Counted from the whole stretch's first letter, positions 11,831 to 25,905 are shown. The stretch is DNA of 61,466 nucleotides, filler included, from Dugesia japonica (GCA_001938525.1; 6 parts of 6 records of this genome joined end to end with filler, not necessarily neighbours in it), one strand, 5' to 3'. The notes: generated by a model from the letters alone, not told the origin. Made by a program: numbers and translations.

Positions 11831-12218
11831 TAAAATGCAATTAATAAGCTTCAAGGGCTTGGACGAGGACGTCGAATTTGAACAAACAAGGTTGGGTAAG
11901 GAATGAGGAATGTATTTCCAGGGCATATCTAAAATAACATACAAACTGAAACCAAAACAAAGGGGTACAAAGATAAATAATGAGGGTAAAATCATATGGT
12001 CGGAGATAAATAAACAAAAATCTTGTTACAGGTACAGAGCATTCAGCGGAGCAAGCACATTCAAATCGGAAATCGTTGCAACAAATAAGCACTATCCAGG
12101 TATAAAATTTTAATAATTATCATTATAGATGAACAACGATAACCAGTCATTGAACCAAAAGCNNNNNNNNNNNNNNNNNNNNNNNNNNNNNNNNNNNNNN
12201 NNNNNNNNNNNNTTATAG

Positions 12219-14150
12219 ATGAACAACGATAACCAGTCATTGAACCAAAAGCCTGTGGAGAATTACCAGGGTAAACCATTTGACGGAAACCTCGACTATG
12301 TAGACGAATTCCTATGGAGCTACGAACATCACGCAAATTTCTATGGTTATAGTGAAAAAGATAAAATCAAATTGGTAGCATTATACCTGAGAGAGAATGC
12401 TTTAAAAGTTTACCGACAACATAGTCAAGAAACTGATGAACCATTCAAGTCACGGAAGGAAGTAGACCTACTTCTTAGACAAAGTTTTGAAGAACAAAGA
12501 GACTTCCTACAAGCATCAAAGGAATTCTCACAATGTCAGCAGCAGGACGAAAGGTCATCTCAGAATTACATTATACTATTTAGACAACGATTGTTTAAAG
12601 TACCTTGGTCAAAGGAAACCTGCGATTAGTGTGTCGGAATCTACATTAAAGGAATCAAAAGTAAAGAAATACAACAAATAGTTACACTAAAAGAATCCAA
12701 AACAATTATGGAAGCCATTACAATACATCGAGAGGAAGAGAAAAAGATCCTAGGGCATAATTATGTATCCATGCGATGCAAGAAATATCGCAAAAAAGGA
12801 CATACGGTGAAAGAATGCTTATCAAAGAAGAAGAAATGTTGAAAGTGCTGGCGCAAGGGACACAAAATGGAAGAGTGTCCGAACCCAGCACTCATATGTC
12901 GCTATTGTCATAAAATGGGTCACCGATTATTAAATTGTCCCAAGAAAAGATGTCGAGGTAGTAGAAATAATATGGAAGAAAAAGCGGTACGTTGTTGGAA
13001 TGGAAAATGGCAAGTTTGAAAAATATTACCCAAGAATAATGAACCAGAAAGATTGTATATGCTACATGTTGAATCAGACAAGCCCCCCATAAATCAAGAA
13101 ATGAAGAAAGCAGCAAAAGTTCCGATCATGAAAGCAATGGAAGAATGAGCACTAAGAGAACAAGAAAATAAACTGATATGGGGATGGTATGAACAACTTG
13201 CAGGAAGAAAACAAGAAAAAAATGAAACCTTTGGCAAGATTAGCAGGCCTAACAAATGAACAAACGATAATAAAATGTTTCAGATCTGGCTTACGAGACC
13301 CATTGGTAAGAAGTCATGAAGCTTCAAGCAAACCCCCTGATTTGACTACCGCTATATTAAAAGCGGAAGCAATGAGTAAAATATTAGCAGAGCAACGAAT
13401 AATTTTAGGAAAGGAAACTGCCAGTCAAGAAACAAGGTGTAAACAAATTAACATGAAATTTAGATGTCAAAATTGCCGGAGAACGCATAATAATACTAAT
13501 CAATGTACAATCAAATGTACTTAGTGTAGCATCTGCGGTAGGAAAAATAACCTTATGGATAATTGTTAGCACGGATATTGTAGCAAATGCGGTAAGAAGG
13601 GGCACCCGGAAGAGAGATGTCTTCTCAAGAGAATCCAAACAGAAGAGGATCAAAGAGACGATAACGAAGGTAATGAAACTCATACCCAACAAATTGTGAA
13701 CAAAAGCAAAGAATCAACAAAATTGCATATGCTAAGAATCAAAATACCCGAAAGTCTAGGAATTAAGGAATTATTATCAAAGGCTCAGCGAGTACCAAAA
13801 TGTTACGATTGCAACAAACGAGGACACCAAGCTAAAGATTTTCAACCAAAAAATAAAGTGTTATATCTGTAAAAAAACTAGGTCATATTGCAAGATTATG
13901 TCGGCACAGAATATACATTGCAAAACCACGGAATGTAACTGAAGTCGGAAGAAATTTTGATTCCGAAAAAAATCATTCTTCAATGAAATATGATCAAGGG
14001 TATCGAATAGAAAAAGATAAAGAGGAGGAAAATATAAAGAACAAAGAGATCAAAGAAATTCTGTTCAATGAAAACTGTCAGTTACGAGAACAAATGAAAA
14101 ATAATCAGCAAAGAATTACTCGACTCAGAGAAGCCCTGCTAAACTAAAAC
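12219..14150 (+). pseudogene. gag: Ty3/Gypsy Gag with a second capsid-like block and three CCHC clusters
   Basis: KPFDGNLDYVDEFLWSYEHHANFYGYSEKDKIKLVALYLRENA; second block IIKCFRSGLRDPLVR...PPDLTTAILKAE; knuckles such as CRYCHKMGHRLLNC and CSKCGKKGHPEERC; scattered stops. Confidence 0.85.
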
Positions 14151-14289
14151 TCAAAGTAAGATAAAGCTCGCCGGAAGAAGTAATGCAAAATGAAAAGAAA
14201 ATCTCTCCAGACAAAAAATAAACACAGAAACCAACGTACAGGAACAAAATGAACAAATAGCAGTAATAGAAACACAGGATGGCGGATGT

Positions 14290-14619
14290 AGCCTTTCACT
14301 AATAATACGAATTAACAACCAACCAATGAAAACACTGTTAGATACTGCAGCATCTCAATCAGTATTAAACATAAAAAATATATCTCAAGGCAAGAGAAAA
14401 GAAATAAAACCCCATACAGCACGAGCAACAGGTGTTAACGGAAAAACAGTGCAGATTATTGGGACATTAGAGTGCAATACACAACTCAAAGGAAGAACAA
14501 TAAAACACTATTTCCTTGTAATGAAAACCAAAGTAGATGCAGTACTAGGAACAGATTTAGTGCCAAAACTGTTAGTGGGAACAAAGTTAGATTTTACTAC
14601 ATTTCAAATTGAAGTGTAA
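14290..14619 (+). pseudogene. Retropepsin-like aspartic protease
   Basis: TLLDTAASQSVL (DTGA variant), ATGVNGKTVQIIG flap, DAVLGTDL. Confidence 0.85.
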
Positions 14620-15299
14620 AAGCCAAGACCAGAAACGATAAGCATGTTGTAATTAAGCCGGAAAATGAAAGAAGTGAATCACGTAACTGCAAATCCGGAA
14701 AAAGACCAAAACATCTTGGATTATCAATGCCAAAATTGCTCAACTAAAGAAATTAGGAATATAAAAACCGGGGTGATAACCAAAGAAGGGAAGCAGAAAT
14801 TGATTGGATAAATAAAATCCAGGAGATCATCAAAGTGATAAGTGAAAATAAGCAATTAATTTCAACTAGAACAACCGAACTCATAGGAGCCCTCCATAAT
14901 TTTTAACCAAGGATAAATCAAGAAAATTAAGTGTTATTAGAAGAATTAGTTTACAACCAAGGTCCAAGATTATCCGGTCTAGATCAAGAATAATTATAAT
15001 AAACTTTTTCTGGCTGTACAATAAGAAAAAACTAATAATATCAGGAGACTACCGCTGGTGTGATATAGCGGAATTAATTAGAAATAACGGCCAAGAGTCA
15101 AGAGAATCAGCAGACGGAAAATCTACAGAATTATATTTTGGTGCTACACTTATTGACAGCGAGTCCATGGACCCAATGCAATTAGGGGGGACTCTGAAAA
15201 AATGCTGGAATCGATATTTTCGTTCAAAGTAAAGGAGACGGGCCAAACAATAGACATCTAAACCGATTAAAGATAAGCGTAAGAAAAAAAGGTCTCCGA

Positions 15300-17584
15300 G
15301 CAATAACATTATTTATCGAACAGATACTATCAAAATTGCAAGAACCAAAATTGGCAATGAATAAGAAAACAAAGTATGAAAGGAACATTAAAGAAGAAGA
15401 AATTTTGAATGTATCTAAAGATGTACTACGAATGGTAACTATGCAGCTACAATAATTAAACAAAATAACTCACAAGGTAAATCTAATGCCTGAAGAAGCA
15501 GAAGAGAAAACCGCGTTAGTAGCAAGGATACTAAAACTCATAGAACAAGATCGGCGGATCATTATCAGTATGCAAAAATGCAAAAAATGCGAAAAGAAAG
15601 GAAATATAAAAGAAAGATGTTGGGCAGATAAAATATGCCACTACTGTATCAAAAAAGGTCACATGGAAATATTGCATCAATAAATGCAAAAGGGCTAAGA
15701 AAGAAACAATACAAATTCGCCACAGTAAAGAAGAAGAACAAGAAAAGGCAGTGACCAACTCAATTAAAATCTGCATGCTACAGGTGGAAACTGTAGAATC
15801 AATAGAACCAGACGACTTCACAGAAGTAGTAACAAAAAAGAAAAAAGGAAGAAAGACAACTGGAGAAATGAAAACCAGAGTCACTCTAAATATACAGGAA
15901 GCTGGAATAAATCAAACATATAGCCCAGAACAAGAAAACTATATAACAAGGACGAACTCAAATCAAGAGTCGGTACTATCATCAAATAACGACAATACAA
16001 ATCAGATGGAAGTATTGTTATGGATATTAACGTTACAACTAAAGGAGTTGGAAGAGGTAACCAATGCAGTACAGAAAGTATCAGTAGAAGCAATAGTAGA
16101 AAATATCCTCAAGTCAAGGCTATCAAAATTCAGAGAAAAAGAAAAAAGGACTAAATTCGCAATGCAATTTTTGTTAAAAACATGGAATGAAACGTTAGAA
16201 GTAATAATGAAATTCGCAATACTTAAACAAAAAGAAAACTATAAATGTAGTGAATGTGGTAAGCTCGGTCATTTGGCAACCTGGTGCTGGAAAAATAGAC
16301 TATGGGAATATTGCGGGGAATCAGATAACCCAAAGAGACTTTGTTGGAAAAAACCATGCCAATTATGTGGCAAATTAGAACATACAGAGAAACAATGTAA
16401 AAAAGAATCGCATATCGAATCTATCTTTAGAGGAGAGGGTGGTATGAGATGTAGAAAAAGAGACCACACGATAGCTTCATGTGGGTTAAAATGAAAAAAA
16501 TTTGGCCGCAAAGGACATACTGAAATAGTATGCCAGCCAGACAAACAATGTACTAAGTGTAGAGGGAGAGGACATTTAGCAGAACATTGCAGTATTCCTA
16601 GAGGTTTCGACTGTGGTAAAACCAGACATAACATGAGAAGGTGTCGATTTAAAGCAAGCAATGAAGACTTTGCTATAATAATAGAAAGATCTAAAAAGTT
16701 GTATATGTTACAAGTAACCAATGGAGAAGAAAAAATGCAATTGCACGAAATCCTAAAAGGAAATAAACTAGTGACATATGAGGAACAAGATAATCACCAG
16801 GCAGTACCAGAAGACTGGCAGAAAATGCTTAATACATATGATGATCGGATATCTAGATTAAAGGAAGCTTTACGGTTTAGTCAAGTAAAATGCCGAATTT
16901 CAAACTCTTAGCAGACACTGCAATAGAAGAAAAAAGAAATGCACTGGTATTGTACGATATAGCTATGACCAACTTACAAAAGAGAGTAACATTCAGCCAG
17001 AAAAATTGGGAAGAATATCAAGCATTATTTAAACAAAAGAAAAGGACTGAGATAGCAAAACTTGGAGCTGTCTGTCAAGCTAGGAAATGGAAAACAAAAT
17101 ACGAGGAATTAAAAAGACAAGCCAAACAAATTGACCGATCGAGTAAATCAAATCTGGACGAGGACAAAAACCTGGTGGAAAAATACAAGGTACAGTTGTT
17201 AAAAGAAGAACCAGCCAAAAGGGAAGAAACGATACGGACGAAACTCTAATTGTTGGCGGAAGAACAAAGAGGGACTAATAAAATTTTTTTAAAAATGATT
17301 AAGGATAGAGAAACTTTCTACGAACAGCAACAAAGCTGAAAGGCCAGGGCAAATTGGAATCAACCAATGCAAACAACTGGCCATATTCAATAACCAAGGG
17401 GGAAAATAACGAGATTTCAAGTAATGTAGGCCTAATGAAACCCATGGCGATAATAATCCCAATAATGAAGAAACAATCTGCCAACGTTATGGAGCAATCA
17501 AACAATCCGATAGCAATTCATTCAGGAGAAGCCATTGGTCATCGCTATTCTTCGCTTTCAAGGATGACAGAAACTTTTGTCTGA
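15300..17584 (+). pseudogene. Post-protease polyprotein remnant with further CCHC clusters and coiled coil
   Basis: CKKCEKKGNIKERC, CSECGKLGHLATWC, CQLCGKLEHTEKQC, CTKCRGRGHLAEHC; purine-rich plus-strand bias; ORFs 15486, 15751, 16633, 16890, 17354. Confidence 0.7.
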
Positions 17585-17799
17585 TCTTTTTCCAAATAAA
17601 CTTGACTATATATTAACTATAAATATTGGTGTGTATTATTAAAACATGTTATAAACGTGGTATGTAGAATTAAAAGGTCATTGTACAGTTTGTGTCATAT
17701 CATGTTCTGAATTACAGTTAGTCTTAATCACTTTATATTATCTAATCTTGTGCTCGCTTTAAAAACTATTCGAACAATATAGTAGTTGATTTATGATTG

Positions 17800-19407
17800 T
17801 GTATGCTGATTTAAATGTTATTGTAATTACCTTTTAAGTCGTGTGAGCTGGAAATCGATCGGAGCAGGTAAGCACATGAGCAACCTTCCAGGAATAAATA
17901 CGAAGACTTAAGTCAACAAGAGTGTTAAATTCCGGGACGGAATTTTTTCGGAAGGGGAAGTATTTTGTTTGGGTGAAACACCTGAGAATAGAAAATAAAC
18001 CAGCGATAGGTAAACCTGGAATTCGAAAGAATGTCACATGAAAGAAACAAAGAACACAGACAAAAGAAGGAGTTAGGCCAGTTAAGGAAAGGAATAATTG
18101 AAGAAAAGACCGAAATTAATGAACTAAATATTGAAGATGATCCGTAACCTATTGAGTCACAAAGAGAGAAAAGAAATGTTGGAAGACACAAACAGACTAA
18201 CAAAAAATGGACAATTAATAACGGAAGAAAGTAATTCATTAACTAAAAAAGAAAGTCGAAGGAAATGAATAATCAACTTACAGAAAAAAAATTAAAAGAA
18301 TTAATTAGTAAAAGAAAACAGCGAAATTAAATTAAATTTAGATCTGAAAAACGAAAGAATGAACATCAAATTATTAATGAAGAAGAAAATAAAATAAATA
18401 ATTTATTTATTTAAATAAAATAAATCATACAAATTAAAATGATTTACTTTTAAAAGAAAATTAAATACGTTATAAAATATGGCAAAACGACAACTTTCCA
18501 TGGTGACAAAATTAGCAATTCTAAGAATTCTGGTCCAGAAAAACTCTGACATTTCACAAATTTAAGTTAAAAAGTCATAACAAGATTAGAAAAGACGATA
18601 CAGTGGTTTGAAGATTGACCAATAATTTTGGGAATCCTAAAATAACCACCAATAAAAAGAACTCGTGTGACGAACAAGCCAATAAAAACGTTAGAAAAAT
18701 CGTACGACTCCCAGTAACCAATGAAATAAACGAGGGTGTAGAAGAGAACCGGTATAAATACCGATGTGATATTTCATTAAAAACTACTCTTTTTCAATTA
18801 AAATTACTGAAGCCAATTTTTGCGGTAATTATTGTTTCATTTAATTCATGGTGTAACGATTTCCGACTTGAATATGGAAAATTATGGATGACTCTTAGAA
18901 TCGTTGATGGCTATCGAAGGCGAAACAATTCATGTGCTATGCTGCTCCGGATCGGGGTTTAGTTATGTTTGTTTTATAAGTTAGTTAAGTTTATGGACAA
19001 GTGACCGTAACAATTTATAACATATTTTTCACTTGTTAAATTCGTTTCTTTTTATTTTTATTGATTAAATAATCTATAGACTAGAAAAAAATTATGATAG
19101 ACTGCATTTAGGATAGATAATACACTAACATCTAATAAAAGACGCACAAAGTGAAAACGGATATAATAAGGACTACTTAGAAAATAAGTAGTAGGAATCA
19201 AGTATGATTTAAAAATCAAGCGTGTATTTTAAAGTATGAACCCAAAGCAAAGGAATGCGAGTCTGTACTCGGATTCCGAGTCAACGGCTCCATTCTGAAG
19301 ATCTGGTGTTTCGGGGACACCAGAATAAATTATTCGCAAGTTTTTACTAGGCCCACCACCCTTGACTTAATTACTAAAAATACAACCCACCTAGATGAAA
19401 CCCAACA
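17800..19407 (+). mobile_element. Large LTR (element C), same family as element B
   Basis: Ends CTAGATGAAACCCAACA; four CCAAT boxes at about 18619-18722 and TATAAA at 18753; left boundary uncertain. Confidence 0.75.
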
Positions 19408-19409
19408 TG

Positions 19410-19470
<61 letters not shown>

Positions 19471-19570
19471 NNNNNNNNNNNNNNNNNNNNNNNNNNNNNN
19501 NNNNNNNNNNNNNNTTAATTAATTAANNNNNNNNNNNNNNNNNNNNNNNNNNNNNNNNNNNNNNNNNNNN

Positions 19571-19630
<60 letters not shown>
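19410..19630. repeat. (ATT)n/(AAT)n microsatellites at contig ends (also about 26805-26874, 30535-30603, 56575-56636)
   Basis: Directly visible. Confidence 0.95.
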
Positions 19631-19634
<4 letters not shown>

Positions 19635-22600
19635 TCATAATTGTTGTCACCTAATAATAAATATATTTAAATATAAATAATATATGTGTATAATTGTATA
19701 TTAAAATTATATCTTCTTTTTTAATTTTTTTTACAGACTGTTTGTTCTTTCTTTTTAAAAGAAAGAGGTCTGAATAATACACAAAAAAACAAACAAACAA
19801 AAAATCAACAGATGGACATTTGCCACTGTCACTTGGACACAGATCATCAACGCTTGATCTTGATCGCCCCAAGATAATAATCTTTGACTTATTTAAAAAA
19901 ATAGCAAGAAAACGAGATTTTATAAAAATATTAAAAAGATAATTTTTTATTAATGTGTATTTGTAAATAATCAGTGACCCAAATAGCATTCTTAGGAATC
20001 ATATTTACTTTTTACTTTGATCAGCAGCTAAAAAGGTTATCAACTCCTGATTTTGATATTAGTTTTGATAATTACTCAGGTTAGGTTCAAAAAATTAAAA
20101 TAAGTGCTAAAACAAATAAAATAAATTTTAAAATAATATTAAAATAATGTACTATTTTTCGTAATACAATGTTCAAAATTTTAATATTTAATGCTCATAA
20201 AATATTGTTCATTAAGTATTTTTATATTGCTCAATTAATTGCTAGCCTTACTGTAATAGACGATATCTTAATCTAGACATAATCCATTATCTACTTCATG
20301 ACAAACATATTGAATCTTTCTTTAAGCTCAGCGATTGGAGAAAGTCTGTTCCTGAAAAATTTGATCTTTAGGTAACCAAATAATAGACATGTCATGCAAT
20401 TAGGTCGTACAAATGATGCGGTCACTAAAGTCTACTTTGTCTTCCAATCCAGTGATTTGGAATTTTCAGGTTGAACCAGTCTTCTACTAAAAGTAAATAA
20501 TGCGCCAGCTCAAAACCTCCAAGCCTTGAAGTGAAAATAGGAATTGGTTTTTTTAGAGTTACAATTATCCCAAAAACAGCAATAGTGATGGTTAATAACT
20601 CTTGGCATAAACTTATTTCGACTAATCAAATATCCTCGTAAATAAAGAATTATATTGTCTCACAAAATTCTATCAAAGTCATTTTAACCAACCTTGATTA
20701 CTGAGATAGATTAAATAAATGAAAGTCTGTTTCTCTTTTGGCATTCTAATAACTGCTTCGTGTTGTTTTACAGAAACATGTCCATTTAATTTTATTATAT
20801 CGTGCACATTACCAGTCTTCTTGATTTTTCTGTCTACTTGGGGGTGGAATGTTAAACTGATGTTTGCACTACTTGAAAATTCACAAATTTCATGTTCCAC
20901 AAAATAATTTGAATTCTTCCAGAGAAAATTGAATAGCTATTGTATTTTAATTATTATACATTTAATTCGTATGAACATATTACTAATATCTAATTCTAAA
21001 AATTTGTAATTTTAAATGACAATATGTTAACATACATAATAAATATCCCGAATATACAGATTAGCGTTTAATTTTAGTTGTTTAGACAATTTCAAATTAA
21101 AAAAAAACAAATTCATACAATATTGTTTTATATGTTTAATTTTATCAAATACCAAATTTAAAAAAAATTGATAAAATAATATTTTCAAAATTCTTTCATA
21201 ATCCAAATAAAATCCAAAATTAATTATACGGTATCAACTAAAATATTTTTGAATTAAATTAATTTAAAACAGACTTTGCTTTTAAATGAATTTCCTGGCA
21301 AAGAAAATATTTGTTTTAAACAAAGGCTTTACTGCAAAATAAAAATTAATAAAAAATAATTTATGTTTATTCAGTTAAAACAAACTATTATTTTATAAAG
21401 TTAAAATTAAATTTTTTATTAAAGAAAAACGTCGATATATTAATTTGAAAAATGTTTTCAATTGAAATTTATTTCCTTTTATTCATTTCTTCAATGCTAG
21501 AAAATAATATTAAAGTTTGAAATATATTTTACTAAAATACAACTTTAACAACTTTGAGGAAGAAAAATGATGAAAACAAAATAATTATCTTGGCAAAAAT
21601 GTTATCAATAGTAAAATTGAAATGACCTAATAATAAACTAAATGTAGAAAAAATAAGAGAAGATAAAAACAAAATGATAGAAAAAGAAGATAAAAATAAA
21701 GAGAAAGAAATGTTATCAAATTCATAAAAGGTTTCTTTATTATAATTAATCAATGCAGGATTTTGTTTAAAACGGGTTTTATAAGTTATAAATTATAACC
21801 AATTAATCTCAAAGTATTCTTTGATTGATATAATATTTCTTTTCTCATTAATTTCTTGCTCTTAGAATCTAAATTCTAGCTACGAAAAATGAATACAGTC
21901 GTGTTCTATCCACAAAACATATAAATATACTTATTGTATTTACACTAATCTAATCTACATCTCTTATTTTCCTGGAGGCATTTCCAGAGCCATCTGCTGT
22001 AGCAATTGATTTAACGAGCAGTGTAATTAAGAAATCTTTCGTTTGTATTCCACTAATCGTTACTATGCGATCATAATCTCGGTGAAAAGTGTGACTATCG
22101 AATAGTCGTGAGATGTTGAATAGTAACCCAGTGATTATAGCGTTTTTCTCCTTCCACATTTCTTTCATCGCGTTCTAACTTTTTTGAATGTTCGTTCCTG
22201 ATTTTCCAGTCGTACATTTAATATACATTATACTATTCTCTTGAACCCACCATGAATTTGGGTTCGTTTCATATTCTCCTGGAGAATAACAAACTGGCGA
22301 CATATTGTTTACCCGCGGAGTAGTGAATCGAACTCATGATTTTGAATTTTATAGACATCTACAATAATCAAATCAACACACAATAATCAAAATAAACCAC
22401 CGCCATAAAATCCGATATAACTCAATGAAAGTAATATCTCAGTAATTATTCAATATAGGGTTTACTTTTTGTATTCCAATAATACTCGATATAGCTGGTT
22501 AATAATCTTAACGATGCATGGATGATGATTTCGAGAAAAGTCGGCATTGAAAAGCATTGGTAAGACCGCAACGAACTACAGTAAGTTAAAAATAAGTAAA

Positions 22601-24039
22601 AATATTTTACACCAAAAATTAGAGGCGTGAAACCTCATAAAGTTAACTTCCACAACTATTTAAAGAAAACCTTTTGTTCAATATCAGCAAATTTAATTTT
22701 AATATGATTTTTATTTTTCTCTGGCATGATTAAATTGAAAAGTTGCCCAACCACAAACTTAGTCTGAATTCAAAAATATTATAAGACATCCCTTTTAGAT
22801 TCAGTTTCAATTGACTCTTACAATCATAAATTCTTACCATTAGGAATTAGTAAGAACTAACTTGAATTGTAAGGAAATATTTGGGTTTAATTTTTTTGTT
22901 TATTTGAATAAAATATAGTAAAAAATTTATAGCATGCACTATTTCTCGTTCACTTGTTAAAATGTTTCTTAAACAATTATCATTTGGCAGTTAATATAAT
23001 TTTAAAAATAATTTTTAACAATTTAATTTCTATTCAAATCGTATAAGATATTATGATGTTATTATTAATTGAAAATTTAACAAAAATACTAAACAGACAA
23101 TTTTCATTCTAATAAATCATCAAAATTTTTTTTCTTTAGTTGTTCGCCATTAGAAATTTCGACAAAAGTCTTCTTCGAGGATTTAATTTTTTGATTGAAA
23201 ATAATTCAAACTTTCAAATTTCTTATTTCACTTACCATATACAAAGCTTTTCAATTAAATACTATTGGCTTAAATTCGGAAAAATAATCATAAAAAAAAT
23301 AAAAATAGTAAAAAAATAAAATAAAAATAAAATTATTTTAAATTTAAGCCGATTTACCTAATTTTGGAAAAAAAACATGTTTATTATTCAACGAATTCTA
23401 CAAAACCCAGTTGATTTTCGATTTCCTCATCACAAACCACTAATTCATCATTTGCTTTCTCAATTTCCATAAATTCAAATCAAAATGTCATTGATCAACT
23501 TATTAATCATTTGTCAATATAATTAACCACAATGTTTTCTTTTAAAAAACCTTTTGTTTAAATTCAAAAAACTCCGGTAAATACAATTTCATTTAAAAAT
23601 TATAATTTGCAAAAAACAAAAACTGATTTACAATTGGATAATAATTAAATTTATTATTTTTCAAAAGTAATACAATTAAAAAAAAGAGATTTAATCTAAA
23701 ATCGATAGTAATTTTCTAGATTTCTCAGAATCATATGAAATTATCAATGTAGATGTATAAATTGGGTTTTAATCGTTTGATAATTTTGTGAATCTTCCGA
23801 TAATTAATAATTTTTTAAATATCGAATTCTGATTTCCACAAAAAAAGACTAGTAATTCGATCAGGGTAGTCAATAAATAATATGTCTAATTCTTTAAATT
23901 GATCTGTTAAAATTATTACGTTTAATTATTACACAATATAAAATCTGATTCATTAGACAAAACTTTGCATATATTTCTATCTCTGTCTATTTTTATTTAT
24001 TTTATATCTATTTATAAATCAATTTTTAAAGCAATTTTC

Positions 24040-24900
24040 AAAGCCTTCCAGATTAAAAAACCAAAACGTCGCTGTTAACACATTACCCTAAGAAAGATTA
24101 TGAAGTACACTGAACGCTACTACAATTATATTTACAATTAGGTGTTAAGATTCCAAAGATTTATGGAACAGTAAAATTTACTTAAGATAATATTTTTAAA
24201 AAATATCTCAGTAATACTCAGTTAAGATCACAAAGTAGATCAAATTTAGACAAAATATATTATAAGGTATTCTAATAGCAGTCTATGAAAGAAAACAATT
24301 AAAAACCTTAAGAAGAGGCTCAATCTTAGAATTTGTAATTCAGCAAAAACGTTGATGACTTGTTCATCAAAACTAACTTTTAGAAGAACAAAGAAAATAT
24401 ATAAAGATCTAATTGAAGTCTAGCTAAATAAAGAAACAATTTTTTGGAATCGACCTAATTATATGCCAAGCAGTGTTGGATCTATCAAAGCTAAGAATGT
24501 GAGATTTGCAGTAAAGAAGAAAACTATCGTAAAGAAAAATAATTTTCATAAACCATAGTACCTGGAGATGCAGATAGCTTCTTCTTAGAAGTTAAAAGCA
24601 TTAAGATATAAAAACTATTTAAACAAATTGTGCCAGATAAGTAAGTGAACACATTAAATTAAAGAACAGAACAATCAATTTATAATAACAACTTGAACTC
24701 TGTAGTAGGCAAATTCAAGGATGAAGATAAGAATAACAAATATAAGGAATGGATATTCCTGAGATCAAAATGTTACCGTCTCCTTAATGAAAAGCAATTC
24801 ATGAATGTTAAGTAGGTAATATTAAAAGATACTGAGATCAACCATCAATCGTGTCTAGATTGTTAAAACAAAAATCAATCGGTCTCAAATCGTCTTATAT
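24040..24900 (+). pseudogene. Polinton/Maverick protein-primed DNA polymerase B, C-terminal remnant
   Basis: YEVH*TLLQLYLQLGVKIPKIY, NTQLR, YYK..AVY, VLDLSK, GDADSFF (DTDS), VVGKFKDE, FLRSKCY. Confidence 0.85.
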
Positions 24901-25589
24901 ATCATAAAGAAATACCTCTGTGTACTTATACTTATTTTATGTATACTTTCACACACCACACTTTGTGCGTTCATCAGTTTTTCTTTATTTATTTATCGTT
25001 TAAATTCGTATGAACAGTTTAATTGTTCGATAAAGAATAATATATTTAATTTATTGTGTTTATATTTTATCAAGTTTTTTATAACCTCTGAAATTAACAA
25101 CCGCTAATGCAAACGTAAAATTTTATTTTATAAATTATAAAACTTAATTTCAAAGCCCAAAATTCATATTACAAAAATACGAACTAATAATTTATGAAAA
25201 TATAAACATAAAATTTAAAATATAAGTTTATTTTATAAAAATAAGAATTTCAAAATATAAAGCAGGAAATAAGAGTCAAATCACAGTCAAACGTGTGTGT
25301 ATGTGAAGTTATAAAAATCTTAAATAAAATTTCAAGAGTAAAAATATTGACTGAAAAATGTTGTTCCGGTCGAAGAAATTGTTCCGATACACTCCTATCT
25401 AACTGCTTTCTTCTCTTTGATTAATTAATTAATATTTTATATGTTAGTTTAATTAGGTCATTAAGTATGAAATATCGGATTTTTAATCAAACCTTTATAT
25501 TATTATATAACAAACAAAAAGCAATACATTTATTTGAAATATGAACCAAAACTATCGGCACAATTCAGATATCCTCATAGAAACTTTTT

Positions 25590-25905
25590 TATTCCATCAG
25601 TGAGAAAGTTTGATGGTACAATCATTTAGTGAAAAAAACACAAAAGACGTGAATTGATTAATTTTCCAACCAAGACGTTGTCTAATGTCTGGAATAAATA
25701 ATAACTAGTTGGAACAATTTATGGTGAATACAATGAGAGATAGTGTTTCCAAATACAACCGTTACAATTTGTGCAGGCCTGGGCAACATATGATCAAGCG
25801 TTGTCTTGCAAGAGATTTAGTCTGTCTCTATTGATCAATCTCAGCTGCTTAATCGCAAGCCATCTCATCATATCGTCCAATTGGTTGCAGTAGACATCCG
25901 CCATA
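25590..25905 (-). pseudogene. mariner transposase remnant
   Basis: ADVYCNQLDDMMRWLAIKQLRLINRDRLNLLQDNA*SYVAQ, then YSP*IVPTSYYLFQTLDN (YSPDLAP motif). Confidence 0.85.

Noticed and set aside
12123-12252. Duplicated gag start
   Set aside because: Identical sequence on both sides of an N gap; likely an overlap artefact
16269-16721. Cys/Leu-rich minus-strand ORFs (also 13405, 15531, 47620, 48476)
   Set aside because: Antisense shadows of plus-strand gag/pol
5892-19407. One 13.5-kb element with long inverted termini
   Set aside because: Arms are visibly diverged, flanks differ (GTAT versus TGAT), and an artificial spacer lies between them
22517-22586. Candidate first MATE exon ending at GTAAGT
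   Set aside because: In-frame stop and no convincing family motif
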